In this document: piece by piece, positions 21,268 to 40,625 of the stretch
Layout of the letters: each line of letters begins with the position of its first letter
Numbering within the stretch: position 1 is the first letter of the stretch
Source of the DNA: the human T2T-CHM13v2.0 reference genome, Homo sapiens
Assembly (NCBI RefSeq): GCF_009914755.1
Contig: NC_060948.1
Direction: 5' to 3' (one strand)
Length of the DNA stretch: 64,000 nucleotides
Notes under the pieces: generated by a model
The model's input: only the letters and a program-made list of their open reading frames with translations
Told to the model about the DNA's origin: nothing
The model's database searches: none
Program-made: the position numbers and the translations under genes

Positions 21268-23369
21268 AGATCCATATTTTTTAAATGAAAAAAAATTTCA
21301 AAGGTACTCTGCTTGGTACAATAATCAAATGTATAAACTGAGGAATAAAACATAACCATGAAACCTACTTATAACTGCATATGGAAAATACAGAGGATAA
21401 TTTTTTAAATAACATAGTTTGAAAGCCTTAACTAGTAATTTGAAGAGTTGGCATTTGAAAGGCCAGTATGAATATACCTTCAAAGCAGCAACACAGGTTC
21501 CCCATGAGAAAAAGCAAACTCAGGGAAAATAAAACCACAAAGGTTCAATCTCTTCTGACCTTTGAAAGACACAGCACAGACAGTGGTCCTTAGGACGAAG
21601 AGCAGGAGACCCCTAATTCCGTCACCATGGCGATAGGGCATAAACATTGCTGGGTGAGGGCACAATCCACATTGTGAGGTCCAACTGCTGCCAGGAAGAC
21701 AGGAGTGCTTTTACATAGACCGAAAGGTCATTGAAGGCTCAGAGTTTTGTTTCAAGAACTGAATCCCAAGCCCACACCTTATTAGGCTGCGCTACTTAAA
21801 ATAAGTTATGAGATGGGAAAAAGGGCACCCACAAACATACGTATACATTATGTATATAATAATATACAGTATCATATATATAATATATATAACCTATGTA
21901 TAATATTGTTTTACATCCTGCATCTTATATTATATATATTGTATAAAATATAATAATTGATAATATATAAGTTTTATATTTATACAATATGACATATAGT
22001 ATATATTATAATTTATGACATATATAATATATGTTATATATCATATATAGAATATATTATACGGTTAATATACGTAATAAATATAAATTATACATTATAT
22101 ATATTATATATAATATATCTGCTATATATAATACCCATTATGCATAATATATATATTATGTCTATGTTATATATAGTATAAAACAACATATAATAACATA
22201 TAATTGTATATATAAAATGCGACATATAATATATATTATATTTTATGACATATGTAATATATATTATATATTATATGTAATACGTTGTATGTATAATACC
22301 TATATTAAATATATATTATATGACTGTTATTAATTACATGTCACATGTGTTATATATTATTTATTTTACACAGAATATACCGGTTACATACAATATATAC
22401 TATGTTACCTACAATGTATAATTTATTACATGTAAAATAAAGAATGCAATATATTATGTATAATTTATAAAATACAATATGTGGAATGTGATATATATAA
22501 CATATAATATATGATATAGGATATACAGTATATGATATATAACATACAATATATGATACCTAATATATATGGTATACAATATATATTTTATGATATGTAT
22601 TCTCTATGTTTTATATTCTGTTATATATAACTATTTGAAATTATATATAACTGTATAATATTTTATGTAAATATGTAATATAAGATATATAACTATCTAA
22701 TATATTATATATAACTATATATTATGTTATATATATTTTTATAACATAATTTACATAAAATATCATGATATAATATATATTATATTATTTCATATTACAC
22801 AATATATATTACATATCACCCAACATAAGTAACATACGTAATATTATAATATAGATTATATTATGTTATATTAAATATCATATATATCATGTATCATATA
22901 TTCTATAATATATATTATACATTATATAATATGTATGTTGTCTATTATGTGATATATATAACTATATATATAATTATATTATTATACATATAACTAGATA
23001 AACATGAAATTCTACATATTTTCATTTATAATATATAGAATTATATAATCATATATAATTATTTATATTCTATAAAAATTATATCATTATATAAATTATA
23101 ATATATAAAAATTATAATATGTACTACAAATATATATATTATATATCATATATGATATAGTACCTTTGTTATATATCATAATACATATAAATGTGTATTA
23201 TGTCATCTATAATTATATAATTTCATATATAAGATGTATAATATGTATTATATATTATATATGTTATGTAATATATATAGTATATATAAGATGACACAGG
23301 ATAAATATTATATACTATGACATATAAAATATATGAGGTTATATGTTACATATAAGGCATAGCACATAA

Positions 23370-23684
<315 letters not shown>

Positions 23685-25812
23685 AGATCCATATTTTTTA
23701 AATGAAAAAAAATTTCAAAGGTACTCTGCTTGGTACAATAATCAAATGTATAAACTGAGGAATAAAACATAACCATGAAACCTACTTATAACTGCATATG
23801 GAAAATACAGAGGATAATTTTTTAAATAACATATTTTGAAAGCCTTAACTAGTAATTTGAAGAGTTGGCATTTGAAAGGCCAGTATGAATATACCTTCAA
23901 AGCAGCAACACAGGTTCCCCATGAGAAAAAGCAAACTCAGGGAAAATAAAACCACAAAGGTTCAATCTCTTCTGACCTTTGAAAGACACAGCACAGACAG
24001 TGGTCCTTAGGACGAAGAGCAGGAGACCCCTAATTCCGTCACCATGGTGATAGGGCATAAACATTGCTGGGTGAGGGCACAATCCACATTGTGAGGTCCA
24101 ACTGCTGCCAGGAAGACAGGAGTGCTTTTACATAGACCGAAAGGTCATTGAAGGCTCAGAGTTTTGTTTCAAGAACTGAATCCCAAGCCCACACGTTTTT
24201 AGGCTGCGCTTCCTAAAACAAGTTATGAGATGGGAAAAAGGGCACCCACAAACATACGTATACATTATGTATATAATAATATACAGTATTATATATATAA
24301 TATATATAACCTATGTATAATATTGTTTTACATCCTGCATCTCATATTATATATATTGTATAAAACATAATAATTGATAATATATAAGTTTTATATTTAT
24401 ACAATATGACATATAGTATATATTATAATTTATGACATATATAATATATGTTATATATCATATATAGAATATATTATACGGTTAATATACGTATTAAATA
24501 TAAATTATACATTATATATATTATATATAATATATCTGCTATATATAATATCCATTATGCATAATATATATATTATGTCTATGTTATATATAGTATAAAA
24601 CAACATATAATAATATATAATTGTATATATAAAATGCGACATATAATATATATTATATTTTATGACATAAGTAATATATATTATATATTAGATATAAAGC
24701 GTTGCATGTATAATACCTATATTAAATACATATTATATGACTATGTTATTAATTACATGTCACATGTGTTATATATTATTTATTTTACACAGAATATACC
24801 GGTTACATACAATATATACTATGTTACCTACAATGTATAATTTATTACATGTAAAATAAAGAATGCAATATATTATGTATAATTTATAACATACAATATG
24901 TGGAATGTGATATATATAACATATAATATATGATATATGATATACAGTATATGATATATAACATACAATATATGATACCTAATATATATGGTATACAATA
25001 TATATTTTATGATATGTATTCTCTATGTTTTATATTCTGTTATATATATCTATTTGAAATTATATATAACTGTATAATATTTTATGTAAATATGTAATAT
25101 AATATATATAAAAATATAATATATTATATATAACTATATATTATGTTATATATACTTTTATAACATAATTTACATAAAATATCATAATATAATATATATT
25201 ATATTATTTCATATTACATAATATATATTACATATCACCCAATATAAGTAACATACATAATATTATAATATGGATTATATTATGTTATATTAAATATCAT
25301 ATATATCATGTATCATATATTCTATAATATATATTATACATTATATATTATGTATGTTGTCTATTATGTGATATATATAACTATATATATAATTATATTA
25401 TTATACATATAACTAGATAAACATGTAATTCTACATATTTTCATTTATAATATATAGAATTATATAATCATATATAATTATTTATATTCTATAAAAAATT
25501 ATATCATTATATAAATTATAATATATAAAAATTATAATATGTACTACAAATATATATATTATATATCATATATGATATAGTACCTTTGTTATATATCATA
25601 ATACATATAAATGTGTATTATGTTATCTATAATTATATAATTTCATATATAAGATGTATAATATGTATCATATATTATATATGTTATGTAATATATATAG
25701 TATATATAAGCTGACACAGGATAAATATTATATACTATGAAATATAAAATATATGAAGTTATATGTTACATATAAGGCATAGCACATAACATGTAATATA
25801 TACCATATATAA

Positions 25813-26104
<292 letters not shown>

Positions 26105-28230
26105 AGATCCATATTTTTTAAATGAAAAAAAATTTCAAAAGTACTCTGCTTGGTACAATAATCAAATGTATAAACTGAGGAATAAAACATAACCATGAAA
26201 CCTACTTATAACTGCATATGGAAAATACAGAGGATAATTTTTTAAATAACATATTTTGAAAGCCTTAACTAGTAATTTGAAGAGCTGGCATTTGAAAGGC
26301 CAGTATGAATATACCTTCAAAGCAGCAACACAGGATCCCCATGAGAAAAAGCAAACACAGGGAAAATAAAAACACAAAGGTTCAATCTCTTCTGACCTTT
26401 GAAAGACACAGCACAGACAGTGGTCCTTAGGACGAAGAGCAGGAGACCCCTAATTCCGTCACCATGGCGATAGGGCATAAACATTGCTGGGTGAGGGCAC
26501 AATCCACATTGTGAGGTCCAACTGCTGCCAGGAAGACAGGAGTGCTTTTACATAGACCGAAAGGTCATTGAAGGCTCAGAGTTTTGTTTCAAGAACTGAA
26601 TCCCAAGCCCACACGTTATTAGGCTGCGCTTCTTAAAACAAGTTATGAGATGGGAAAAAGGGCACCCACAAACATACGTATACATTATGTATATAATAAT
26701 ATACAGTATCATATATATAATATATATAACCTATGTATAATATTGTTTTACATCCTGCATCTTATGTTATATATATTGTATAAAATATAATAATTGATAA
26801 TATATAAGTTTTATAATTATACAATATGACATATAGTATATATTATAATTTATGACATATATAATATATTTTATATGACATATATATAATATATTATAGG
26901 GTTAATATACGTATTAAATATAAATTATACATTATATATATTATATATACTATATCTGTTATATATAATACCCATTATGCATAATATATATATTATGTCT
27001 ATGTTATATATAGTATAAAACAACATATAATAATATATAATTGTATATATAAAATGCGACATATAATATATATTATATTTTATAACATATGTAATATATA
27101 TTATATATTATATATAATACGTTGTATGTATAATACCTATATTAAATATATATTATATGACTATGTTATTAATTACATGTCACATGTGTTATATATTATA
27201 TATTTTACATAGAATATACCGGTTACATACAATATACACTATGTTACCTATAATGTATAATTTATTACATGTAAAATAAAGAATGCAATATATTATGTAT
27301 AATTTATAATATACAATATGTGGAATGTGATATATATAACATATAATATATGATATATGATATACAGTATATGATATATAACATACAATATATGATTCCT
27401 ATTATATATGGTATACAATATATATTTTATGATATGTATTCTATATGTTTTATATTCTGTTATATATAACTATTTGAAATTATATGTAACTGTATAATAT
27501 TTTATGTAAATATGTAATATAATATATATAACTATATAATATATTATATATAACTATATATTATGTTATATATACTTTTATAACATAATTTACATAAAAT
27601 ATCATAACATAATATATATTATATTATTTCATATTACATAATATATATTACATATCACCCAATATAACTAACATACATAATATTATAATATAGATTATAT
27701 TATGTTATATTAAATATCATATATATCATGTATCATATATTCTATAATATATATTACACATTATATAATATGTATGTTGTCTATTATGTGATATATAACT
27801 ATATATATAATTATATTTTTATACATATAACTAGATAAACATGTAATTCTACATATTTTCATTTATAATATGTAGAATTATATAATCATATATAATTATT
27901 TATATTCTATAAAAAATTTTATCATTATATAAATTATAATATATAAAAATTATAATATGTACTACAAATATATATATTATATATCATATATGATATAGTA
28001 CCTTTGTTATATATCATAATACATATAAATGTGTATTATGTTATCTATAATTATATAATTTCATATATAAGATGTATAATATGTATCATATATTATATAT
28101 GTTATGTAATATATATAGTATATATAAGATGACACAGGATAAATATTATATACTATGACATAGAAAATATATGAGGTTATATTTTACATATAAGGCATAG
28201 CACATAACATGTAATATATATCATACATAA

Positions 28231-28522
28231 TTTTTTTTTAGACAGACTCTTGTCCTGTTGCACAGGGTGGGGTACAATGGCGCCATCTTTGCTCACTGCA
28301 ACTTCTGCCTCACGGGTCCAAGCGATGGTCCTCCCTCAGCCTCCCAGGTAGCTGGGACTACACCACACTGGGACTACACCAGCTGCCACCATGCCTAGCT
28401 AATTTTTTGGATTTTTAGTAGTGACAGCGTTTCACTGTATTGGCCAGGATGGTCTTGATCTCTTCACCTTGTGATCCCCTTGCCTTGGCCTCCAAATTTG
28501 CTGGGATTACAGGCCTGAGCCA
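28231..28522 (-). mobile_element. Alu, unit 12
   Basis: Same motifs as 1630-1921. Confidence 0.95.
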
Positions 28523-30652
28523 AGATCCATATTTTTTAAATGAAAAAAAATTTCAAAGGTACTCTGCTTGGTACAATAATCAAATGTATAAACTGAGGAA
28601 TAAAACATAACCATGAAACCTACTTATAACTGCATATGGAAAATACAGAGGATAATTTTTTAAATAACATAGTTTGAAAGCCTTAACTAGTAATTTGAAG
28701 AGTTGGCATTTGAAAGGCCAGTATGAATATACCTTCAAAGCAGCAACACAGTTTCCCCATGAGAAAAAGCAAACACAGGGAAAATAAAAACACAAAGGTT
28801 CAATCTCTTCTGACCTTTGAAAGACACAGCACAGACAGTGGTCCTTAGGACGAAGAGCAGGAGACCCCTAATTCCGTCACCATGGCGATAGGGCATAAAC
28901 ATTGCTGGGTGAGGGCACAATCCACATTGTGAGGTCCAACTGCTGCCAGGAAGACAGGAGTGCTTTTACATAGACCGAAAGGTCATTGAAGGCTCAGAGT
29001 TTTGTTTCAAGAACTGAATCCCAAGCCCACACGTTATTAGGCTGCGCTTCTTAAAACAAGTTATGAGATGGGAAAAAGGGCACCCACAAACATACGTATA
29101 CATTATGTATATAATAATATACAGTGTCATATATATAATATATATAACCTATGTATAATATTGTTTTACATCCTGCATCTTATGTTATTTATATTGTATA
29201 AAATATAATAATTGATAATATATAAGTTTTATAATTATACAATATGACATATAGTATATATTATAATTTATGACATATATAATATATGTTATATATCATA
29301 TATAGAATATATTATACGGTTAATATACGTATTAAATATAAATTATACATTATATATATTATATATAATATATCTGATATATATAATACCCATTATGCAT
29401 AATATATATATTATGTCTATGTTATATATAGTATAAAACAACATATAATAATATATAATTGTATATATAAAATGCGACATATAATATATATTATATTTTA
29501 TAACATATGTAATATATATTATATATTATATATAATACGTTGTATGTATAATACCTATATTAAATATATATTATATGACTATGTTATTAATTACATGTCA
29601 CATGTGTTATATATTATATATTTTACATAGAATATACCGGTTACATACAATATATACTATGTTACCTATAATGAATAATTTATTACATGTAAAATAAAGA
29701 ATGCAATATATTATGTAAAATTTATAATATACAATATGTGGAATGTGATATATATAACATATAATATATGATATATGATATACAGTATATGATATATAAC
29801 ATACAATATATGATTCCTAATATATATGGTATACAATATATATTTTATGATATGTATTCTATATGTTTTATATTCTGTTATATATAACTATTTGAAATTA
29901 TATATAACTGTATAATATTTTATGTAAATATGTAATATAATATATATAACTATATAATATATTATATATAACTATATATTATGTTATATATACTTTTATA
30001 ACATAATTTACATAAAATATCATAATATAATATATATTATATTATTTCATATTACATAATATATATTACATATCACCCAATATAACTAACATACATAATA
30101 TTATAATATAGATTATATTATGTTATATTAAATATCATATATATCATGTATCATATATTCTATAATATATATTACACATTATATAATATGTATGTTGTCT
30201 ATTATGTGATATATATAACTATATATATAATTATATTTTTATACATATAACTAGATAAACATGTAATTCTACATATTTTCATTTATAATATGTAGAATTA
30301 TATAATCATATATAATTATTTATATTCTATAAAAAATTTTATCATTATATAAATTATAATATATAAAAATTATAATATGTACTACAAATATATATCTATT
30401 ATATATCATATATGATATAGTACCTTTGTTATATATCATAATACATATACATGTGTATTATGTTATCTATAATTATATAATTTCATATATAAGATGTATA
30501 ATATGTATCATATATTATATATGTTATGTAATATATATAGTATATATAAGATGACACAGGATAAATATTATATACTATGACATATAAAATATATGAGGTT
30601 ATATGTTACATATAAGGCATAGCACATAACATGTAATATATATCATATATAA

Positions 30653-30944
30653 TTTTTTTTTAGACAGAATCTTGTCCTGTTGCACAGGGTGGGGTACAAT
30701 GGCGCCATCTTTGCTCACTGCAAATTCTGCCTCACGGGTCCAAGCGATTGTCCTCCCTCAGCCTCCCAGGTAGCTGGGACTACACCACACTGGGACTACA
30801 CCAGCTGCCACCATGCCTAGCTAATTTTTTGGATTTTTAGTAGTGACAGCGTTTCACTGTATTGGCCAGGATGGTCTTGATCTCTTCACCTTGTGATCCC
30901 CTTGCCTTGGCCTCCAAATTTGCTGGGATTACAGGCCTGAGCCA
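30653..30944 (-). mobile_element. Alu, unit 13
   Basis: Same motifs as 1630-1921. Confidence 0.95.
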
Positions 30945-33051
30945 AGATCCATATTTTTTAAATGAAAAAAAATTTCAAAGGTACTCTGCTTGGTACAATA
31001 ATCAAATGTATAAACTGAGGAATAAAACATAACCATGAAACCTACTTATAACTGCATATGGAAAATACAGAGGATAATTTTTTAAATAACATATTTTGAA
31101 AGCCTTAACTAGTAATTTGAAGAGTTGGCATTTGAAAGGCCAGTATGAATATACCTTCAAAGCAGCAACACAGGTTCCCCATGAGAAAAAGCAAACTCAG
31201 GGAAAATAAAAACACAAAGGTTCAATCTCTTCTGACCTTTGAAAGACACAGCACAGACAGTGGTCCTTAGGACGAAGAGCAGGAGACCCCTAATTCCGTC
31301 ACCATGGCGATAGGGCATAAACATTGCTGGGTGAGGGCACAATCCACATTGTGAGGTCCAACCGCTGCCAGGAAGACAGGAGTGCTTTTACATAGACCGA
31401 AAGGTCATTGAAGGCTCAGAGTTTTGTTTCAAGAACTGAATCCCAAGCCCACACGTTATTAGGCTGCGCTTCTTAAAACAAGTTATGAGATGGGAAAAAG
31501 GGCACCCACAAACATACGTATACATTATGTATATAATAATATACAGTATCATATATATAATATATATAACCTATGTATAATATTGTTTTACATCCTGCAT
31601 CCTCTGTTATATATATTGTATAAAATATAATAATTGATAATATATAAGTTTTATAATTATACAATATGACATATACTATATATTATAATTTATGACATAT
31701 ATAATATATGTTATATATCATATATAGAATATATTATACGGTTAATATACGTATGAAATATAAATTATACATTATATATATTATATATAATATATCTGTT
31801 ATATATAATACCCATTAAGCATAATATATATATTATGTCTATGTTATATATAGTATAAAACAACATATAATAATATATAATTGTATATATAAAATGCGAC
31901 ATATAATATATATTATATTTTATAATATATGTAATATATATTATATATTATATATAATACGTTGTATGTATAATACCTATATTAAATATATATTATATGA
32001 CTATGTTATTAATTACATGTCACATGTGATATATATTATATATTTTACATAGAATATACCGGTTACATACAATATATACTATGTTACCTATAATGTATAA
32101 TTTATTACATGTAAAATAAAGAATGCAATATATTATGTAAAATTTATAAAATACAATATGTGGAATGTAATATATATAACATATAATATATGATATATGA
32201 TATACAGTATATGATATATAACATACAATATATGATTCCTATTATATATGGTATACAATATATATTTTATGATATGTATTCTATATGTTTTATATTCTGT
32301 TATATATAACTATTTGAAATTATATATAACTGTTTAATATTTTATGTAAATATGTAATATAATATATATAACTATATAATATATTATATATAAGTATATA
32401 TTATGTTATATATACTTTTATAACATAATTTACATAAAATATCATAATATAATATATATTATATTATTTCATATTACATAATATATATTACATATCACCC
32501 AATATAACTAACATACATAATATTATAATATAGATTATATTATGTTATATTAAATATCATATATATCATGTATCATATATTCTATAATATATATTACACA
32601 TTATATAATATGTATGTTGTCTATTATGTGATATATATAACTATATATATAATTATATTTTTATACATATAACTAGATAAACATGTAATTCTACATATTT
32701 TCATTTATAATATGTAGAATTATATAATCATATATAATTATTTATATTCTATAAAAAGTTTTATCATTATATAAATTATAATATATAAAAATTATAATAT
32801 GTACTACAAATATATATATATTATATATCATATATGATATAGTACCTTTGTTATATATCATAATACATATAAATGTGTATTATGTTATCTATAATTATAT
32901 AATTTCATATATAAGATGTATAATATGTATCATATATTATATATGTTATGTAATATATATACTATATATAAGATGACACAGGATAAATATTATATACTAT
33001 GACATATAAAATATATGAGGTTATATGTTACATATAAGGCATAGCACATAA

Positions 33052-33366
<315 letters not shown>

Positions 33367-35471
33367 AGATCCATACTTTTTAAATGAAAAAAAATTTCAA
33401 AGGTACTCTGCTTGGTACAATAATCAAATGTATACACTGAGGAATAAAACATAACCATGAAACCTACTTATAACTGCATATGGAAAATACAGAGGATAAT
33501 TTTTTAAATAACATATTTTGAAAGCCTTAACTAGTAATTTGAAGAGTTGGCATTTGAAAGGCCAGTATGAATATACCTTCAAAGCAGCAACACAGGTTCC
33601 CCATGAGAAAAAGCAAACTCAGGGAAAATAAAAACACAAAGGTTCAATCTCTTCTGACCTTTGAAAGACACAGCACAGACAGTGGTCCTTAGGACGAAGA
33701 GCAGGAGACCCCTAATTCCGTCACCATGGCGATAGGGCATAAACATTGCTGGGTGAGGGCACAATCCACATTGTGAGGTCCAACTGCTGCCAGGAAGACA
33801 GGCGTGCTTTTACATAGACCGAAAGGTCATTGAAGGCTCAGAGTTTTGTTTCAAGAACTGAATCCCAAGCCCACACGTTATTAGGCTGCGCTTCTTAAAA
33901 CAAGTTATGAGATGGGAAAAAGGGCACCCACAAACATACGTATACATTATGTATATAATAATATACAGTGTCATATATATAATATATATAACCTATGTAT
34001 AATATTGTTTTACATCCTGCATCTTATGTTATATATATTGTATAAAATATAATTATTGATAATATATAAGTTTTATAATTATACTACATGACATATAGTA
34101 TATATTATAATTTATGACATATATAATATATGTTATATATCATATATAGAATATATTATACGGTTAATATACGTATTAAATATAAATTATACATTATATA
34201 TATTATATATAATTTATCTGTTATATATAATACCCATTATGCATAATATATATATTATGTCTATGTTATATATAGTATAAAACAACATATAATAATATAT
34301 AATTGTATATATAAAATGCGACATATAATATATATTATATTTTATAACATATGTAATATATATTATATATTATATATAATACGTTGTATGTATAATACCT
34401 ATATTAAATATATATTATATGACTATGTTATTAATTACATGTCACATGTGTTATATATTATATATTTTACATAGAATATACCGGTTACATACAATATATA
34501 CTATGTTACCTATAATGTATAATTTATTACATGTAAAATAAAGAATGCAATATATTATGTAAAATTTATAACATACAATATGTGGAATGTGATATATATA
34601 ACATATAATATATGATATATGATATACAATATATGATATATAACATACAATATATGATTCCTAATATATATGGTATACAATATATATTTTATGATATGAA
34701 TTCTCTATGTTTTATATTCTGTTATATATAACTATTTGAAATTATATATAACTGTATAATATTTTATTTAAATATGTAATATAATATATATAACTATATA
34801 ATATATTATATATAACTATATATTATGTTATATATACTTTTATATCATAATTTACATAAAATATCATAATATAATATATATTATATTATTTCATATTACA
34901 TAATATATATTACATATCACCCAATATAACTAACATACATAATATTATAATATAGATTATATTGTGTTATATTAAATATCATATATATCATGTATCATAT
35001 ATTCTATAATATATATTACACATTATATAATATGTATGTTGTCTATTATGTGATATATATAACTATATATATAATTATATTTTTATACATATAACTAGAT
35101 AAACATGTAATTCTACATATTTTCATTTATAATATGTAGAATTATATAATCATATATAATTATTTATATTCTATAAAAAATTTTATCATTATATAAATTA
35201 TAATATATAAAAATTATAATATGTACTACAAATATATATATTATATATCATATATGATATAGTACCTTTGTTATATATCATAATACATATAAATGTGTAT
35301 TATGTTATCTATAATTATATAATTTCATATATAAGATGTATAATATGTATCATATATTATATATGTTATGTAATATATATAGTATATATAAGATGACACA
35401 GGATAAATATTATATACTATGACATATAAAATATATGAGGTTATATGTTACATATAAGGCATAGCACATAA

Positions 35472-35786
<315 letters not shown>

Positions 35787-37890
35787 AGATCCATACTTTT
35801 TAAATGAAAAAAAATTTCAAAGGTACTCTGCTTGGTACAATAATCAAATGTATACACTGAGGAATAAAACATAACCATGAAACCTACTTATAACTGCATA
35901 TGGAAAATACAGAGGATAATTTTTTAAATAACATATTTTGAAAGCCTTAACTAGTAATTTGAAGAGTTGGCATTTGAAAGGCCAGTATGAATATACCTTC
36001 AAAGCAGCAACACAGGTTCCCCATGAGAAAAAGCAAACTCAGGGAAAATAAAAACACAAAGGTTCAATCTCTTCTGACCTTTGAAAGACACAGCACAGAC
36101 AGTGGTCCTTAGGACGAAGAGCAGGAGACCCCTAATTCCGTCACCATGGCGATAGGGCATAAACATTGCTGGGTGAGGGCACAATCCACATTGTGAGGTC
36201 CAACTGCTGCCAGGAAGACAGGAGTGCTTTTACATAGACCGAAAGGTCATTGAAGGCTCAGAGTTTTGTTTCAAGAACTGAATCCCAAGCCCACACGTTA
36301 TTAGGCTGCGCTTCTTAAAACAAGTTATGAGATGGGAAAAAGGGCACCCACAAACATACGTATACATTATGTATATAATAATATACAGTGTCATATATAT
36401 AATATATATAACCTATGTATAATATTGTTTTACATCCTGCATCTTATGTTATATATATTGTATAAAATATAATAATTGATAATATATAAGTTTTATAATT
36501 ATACAATATGACATATATTATATATTATAATTTATGACATATATAATATATGTTATATATCATATATAGAATATATTATACGGTTAATATACGTATTAAA
36601 TATAAATTATACATTATATATATTATATATAATATATCTGTTATATATAATACCCATTATGCATAATATATATATTATGTCTATGTTATATATAGTATAA
36701 AACAACATATAATAATATATAATTGTATATATAAAATGCGACATATAATATATATTATATTTTATAACATATGTAATATATATTATATATTATATATAAT
36801 ACGTTGTATGTATAATTCCTATATTAAATATATATTATATGACTATGTTATTAATTACATGTCACATGTGTTATATATTATATATTTTACATAGAATATA
36901 CCGGTTACATACAATATATACTACGTTACCTATAATGTATAATTTATTACATGTAAAATAAAGAATGCAATATATTATGTAAAATTTATAACATACAATA
37001 TGTGGAATGTGATATATATAACATATAATATATGATATATGATATACAATATATGATATATAACATACAATATATGATTCCTAATATATATGGTATACAA
37101 TATATATTTTATGATATGTATTCTCTATGTTTTATATTCTGTTATATATAACTATTTGAAATTATATATAACTGTATAATATTTTATTTAAATATGTAAT
37201 ATAATATATATAACTATATAATATATTATATATAACTATATATTATGTTATATATACTTTTATAACATAATTTACATAAAATATCATAATATAATATATA
37301 TTATATTATTTCATATTACATAATATATATTACATATCACCCAATATAACTAACATACATAATATTATAATATAGATTATATTGTGTTATATTAAATATC
37401 ATATATATCATGTATCATATATTCTATAATATATATTACACATTGTATAATATGTATGTTGTCTATTATGTGATATATATAACTATATATATAATTATAT
37501 TTTTATACATATAACTAGATAAACATGTAATTCTACATATTTTCATTTATAATATGTAGAATTATATAATCATATATAATTATTTATATTCTATAAAAAT
37601 TTTATCATTATATAAATTATAATATATAAAAATTATAATATGTACTACAAATATATATATTATATATCATATATGATATAGTACCTTTGTTATATATCAT
37701 AATACATATAAATGTGTATTATGTTATCTATAATTATATAATTTCATATATAAGATGTATAATATGTATCATATATTATATATGTTATGTAATATATATA
37801 GTATATATAAGATGACACAGGATAAATATTATATACTATGACATATAAAATATATGAGGTTATATGTTACATATAAGGCATAGCACATAA

Positions 37891-38205
<315 letters not shown>

Positions 38206-40310
38206 AGATCCATACTTTTTAAATAAAAAAAAATTTCAAAGGTACACTGCTTGGTACAATAATCAAATGTATACACTGAGGAATAAAACATAACCATGAA
38301 ACCTACTTATAACTGCATATGGAAAATACAGAGGATAATTTTTTAAATAACATATTTTGAAAGCCTTAACTAGTAATTTGAAGAGTTGGCATTTGAAAGG
38401 CCAGTATGAATATACCTTCAAAGCAGCAACACAGGTTCCCCATGAGAAAAAGCAAACTCAGGGAAAATAAAAACACAAAGGTTCAATCTCTTCTGACCTT
38501 TGAAAGACACAGCACAGACAGTGGTCCTTAGGACGAAGAGCAGGAGACCCCTAATTCCGTCACCATGGCGATAGGGCATAAACATTGCTGGGTGAGGGCA
38601 CAATCCACATTGTGAGGTCCAACTGCTGCCAGGAAGACAGGAGTGCTTTTACATAGACCGAAAGGTCATTGAAGGCTCAGAGTTTTGTTTCAAGAACTGA
38701 ATCCCAAGCCCACACGTTATTAGGCTGCGCTTCTTAAAACAAGTTATGAGATGGGAAAAAGGGCACCCACAAACATACGTATACATTATGTATATAATAA
38801 TATACAGTATCATATATATAATATATATAACCTATGTATAATATTGTTTTACATCCTGCATCTTATGTTATATATATTGTATAAAATATAATTATTGATA
38901 ATATATAAGTTTTATAATTATGCTACATGACATATAGTATATATTATAATTTATGACATATATAATATATGTTATATATCATATATAGAATATATTATAC
39001 GGTTAATATACGTATTAAATATAAATTATACATTATATATATTATATATAATATATCTGTTATATATAATACCCATTATGCATAATATATATATTATGTC
39101 TATGTTATATATAGTATAAAACAACATATAATAATATATAATTGTATATATAAAATGCGACATATAATATATATTATATTTTATAACATATGTAATATAT
39201 ATTATATATTATATATAATACGTTGTATGTATAATACCTATATTAAATATATATTATATGACTATGTTATTAATTACATGTCACATGTGTTATATATTAT
39301 ATATTTTACATAGAATATACCGGTTACATACAATATATACTATGTTACCTATAATGTATAATTTATTACATGTAAAAGAAAGAATGCAATATATTATGTA
39401 AAATTTATAACATACAATATGTGGAATGTGATATATATAACATATAATATATGATATATGATATACAGTATATGATATATAACATACAATATATGATTCC
39501 TAATATATATGGTATACAATATATATTTTATGATATGAATTCTCTATGTTTTATATTCTGTTATATATAACTATTTGAAATTATATATAACTGTATAATA
39601 TTTTATTTAAATATGTAATATAATATATATAACTATATAATATATTATATATAACTATATATTATGTTATATATACTTTTATATCATAATTTACATAAAA
39701 TATCATAATATAATATATATTATATTATTTCATATTACATAATATATATTACATATCACCCAATATAACTAACATACATAATATTATAATATAGATTATA
39801 TTGTGTTATATTAAATATCATATATATCATGTATCATATATTCTATAATATATATTACACATTGTATAATATGTATGTTGTCTATTATGTGATATATATA
39901 ACTATATATATAATTATATTTTTATACATATAACTAGATAAACATGTAATTCTACATATTTTCATTTATAATATGTAGAATTATATAATCATATATAATT
40001 ATTTATATTCTATAAAAAATTTTATCATTATATAAATTATAATATATAAAAATTATAATATGTACTACAAATATATATATTATATATCATATATGATATA
40101 GTACCTTTGTTATATATCATAATACATATAAATGTGTATTATGTTATCTATAATTATATAATTTCATATATAAGATGTATAATATGTATCATATATTATA
40201 TATGTTATGTAATATATATAGTATATATAAGATGACACAGGATAAATATTATATACTATGACATATAAAATATATGAGGTTATATGTTACATATAAGGCA
40301 TAGCACATAA

Positions 40311-40625
<315 letters not shown>

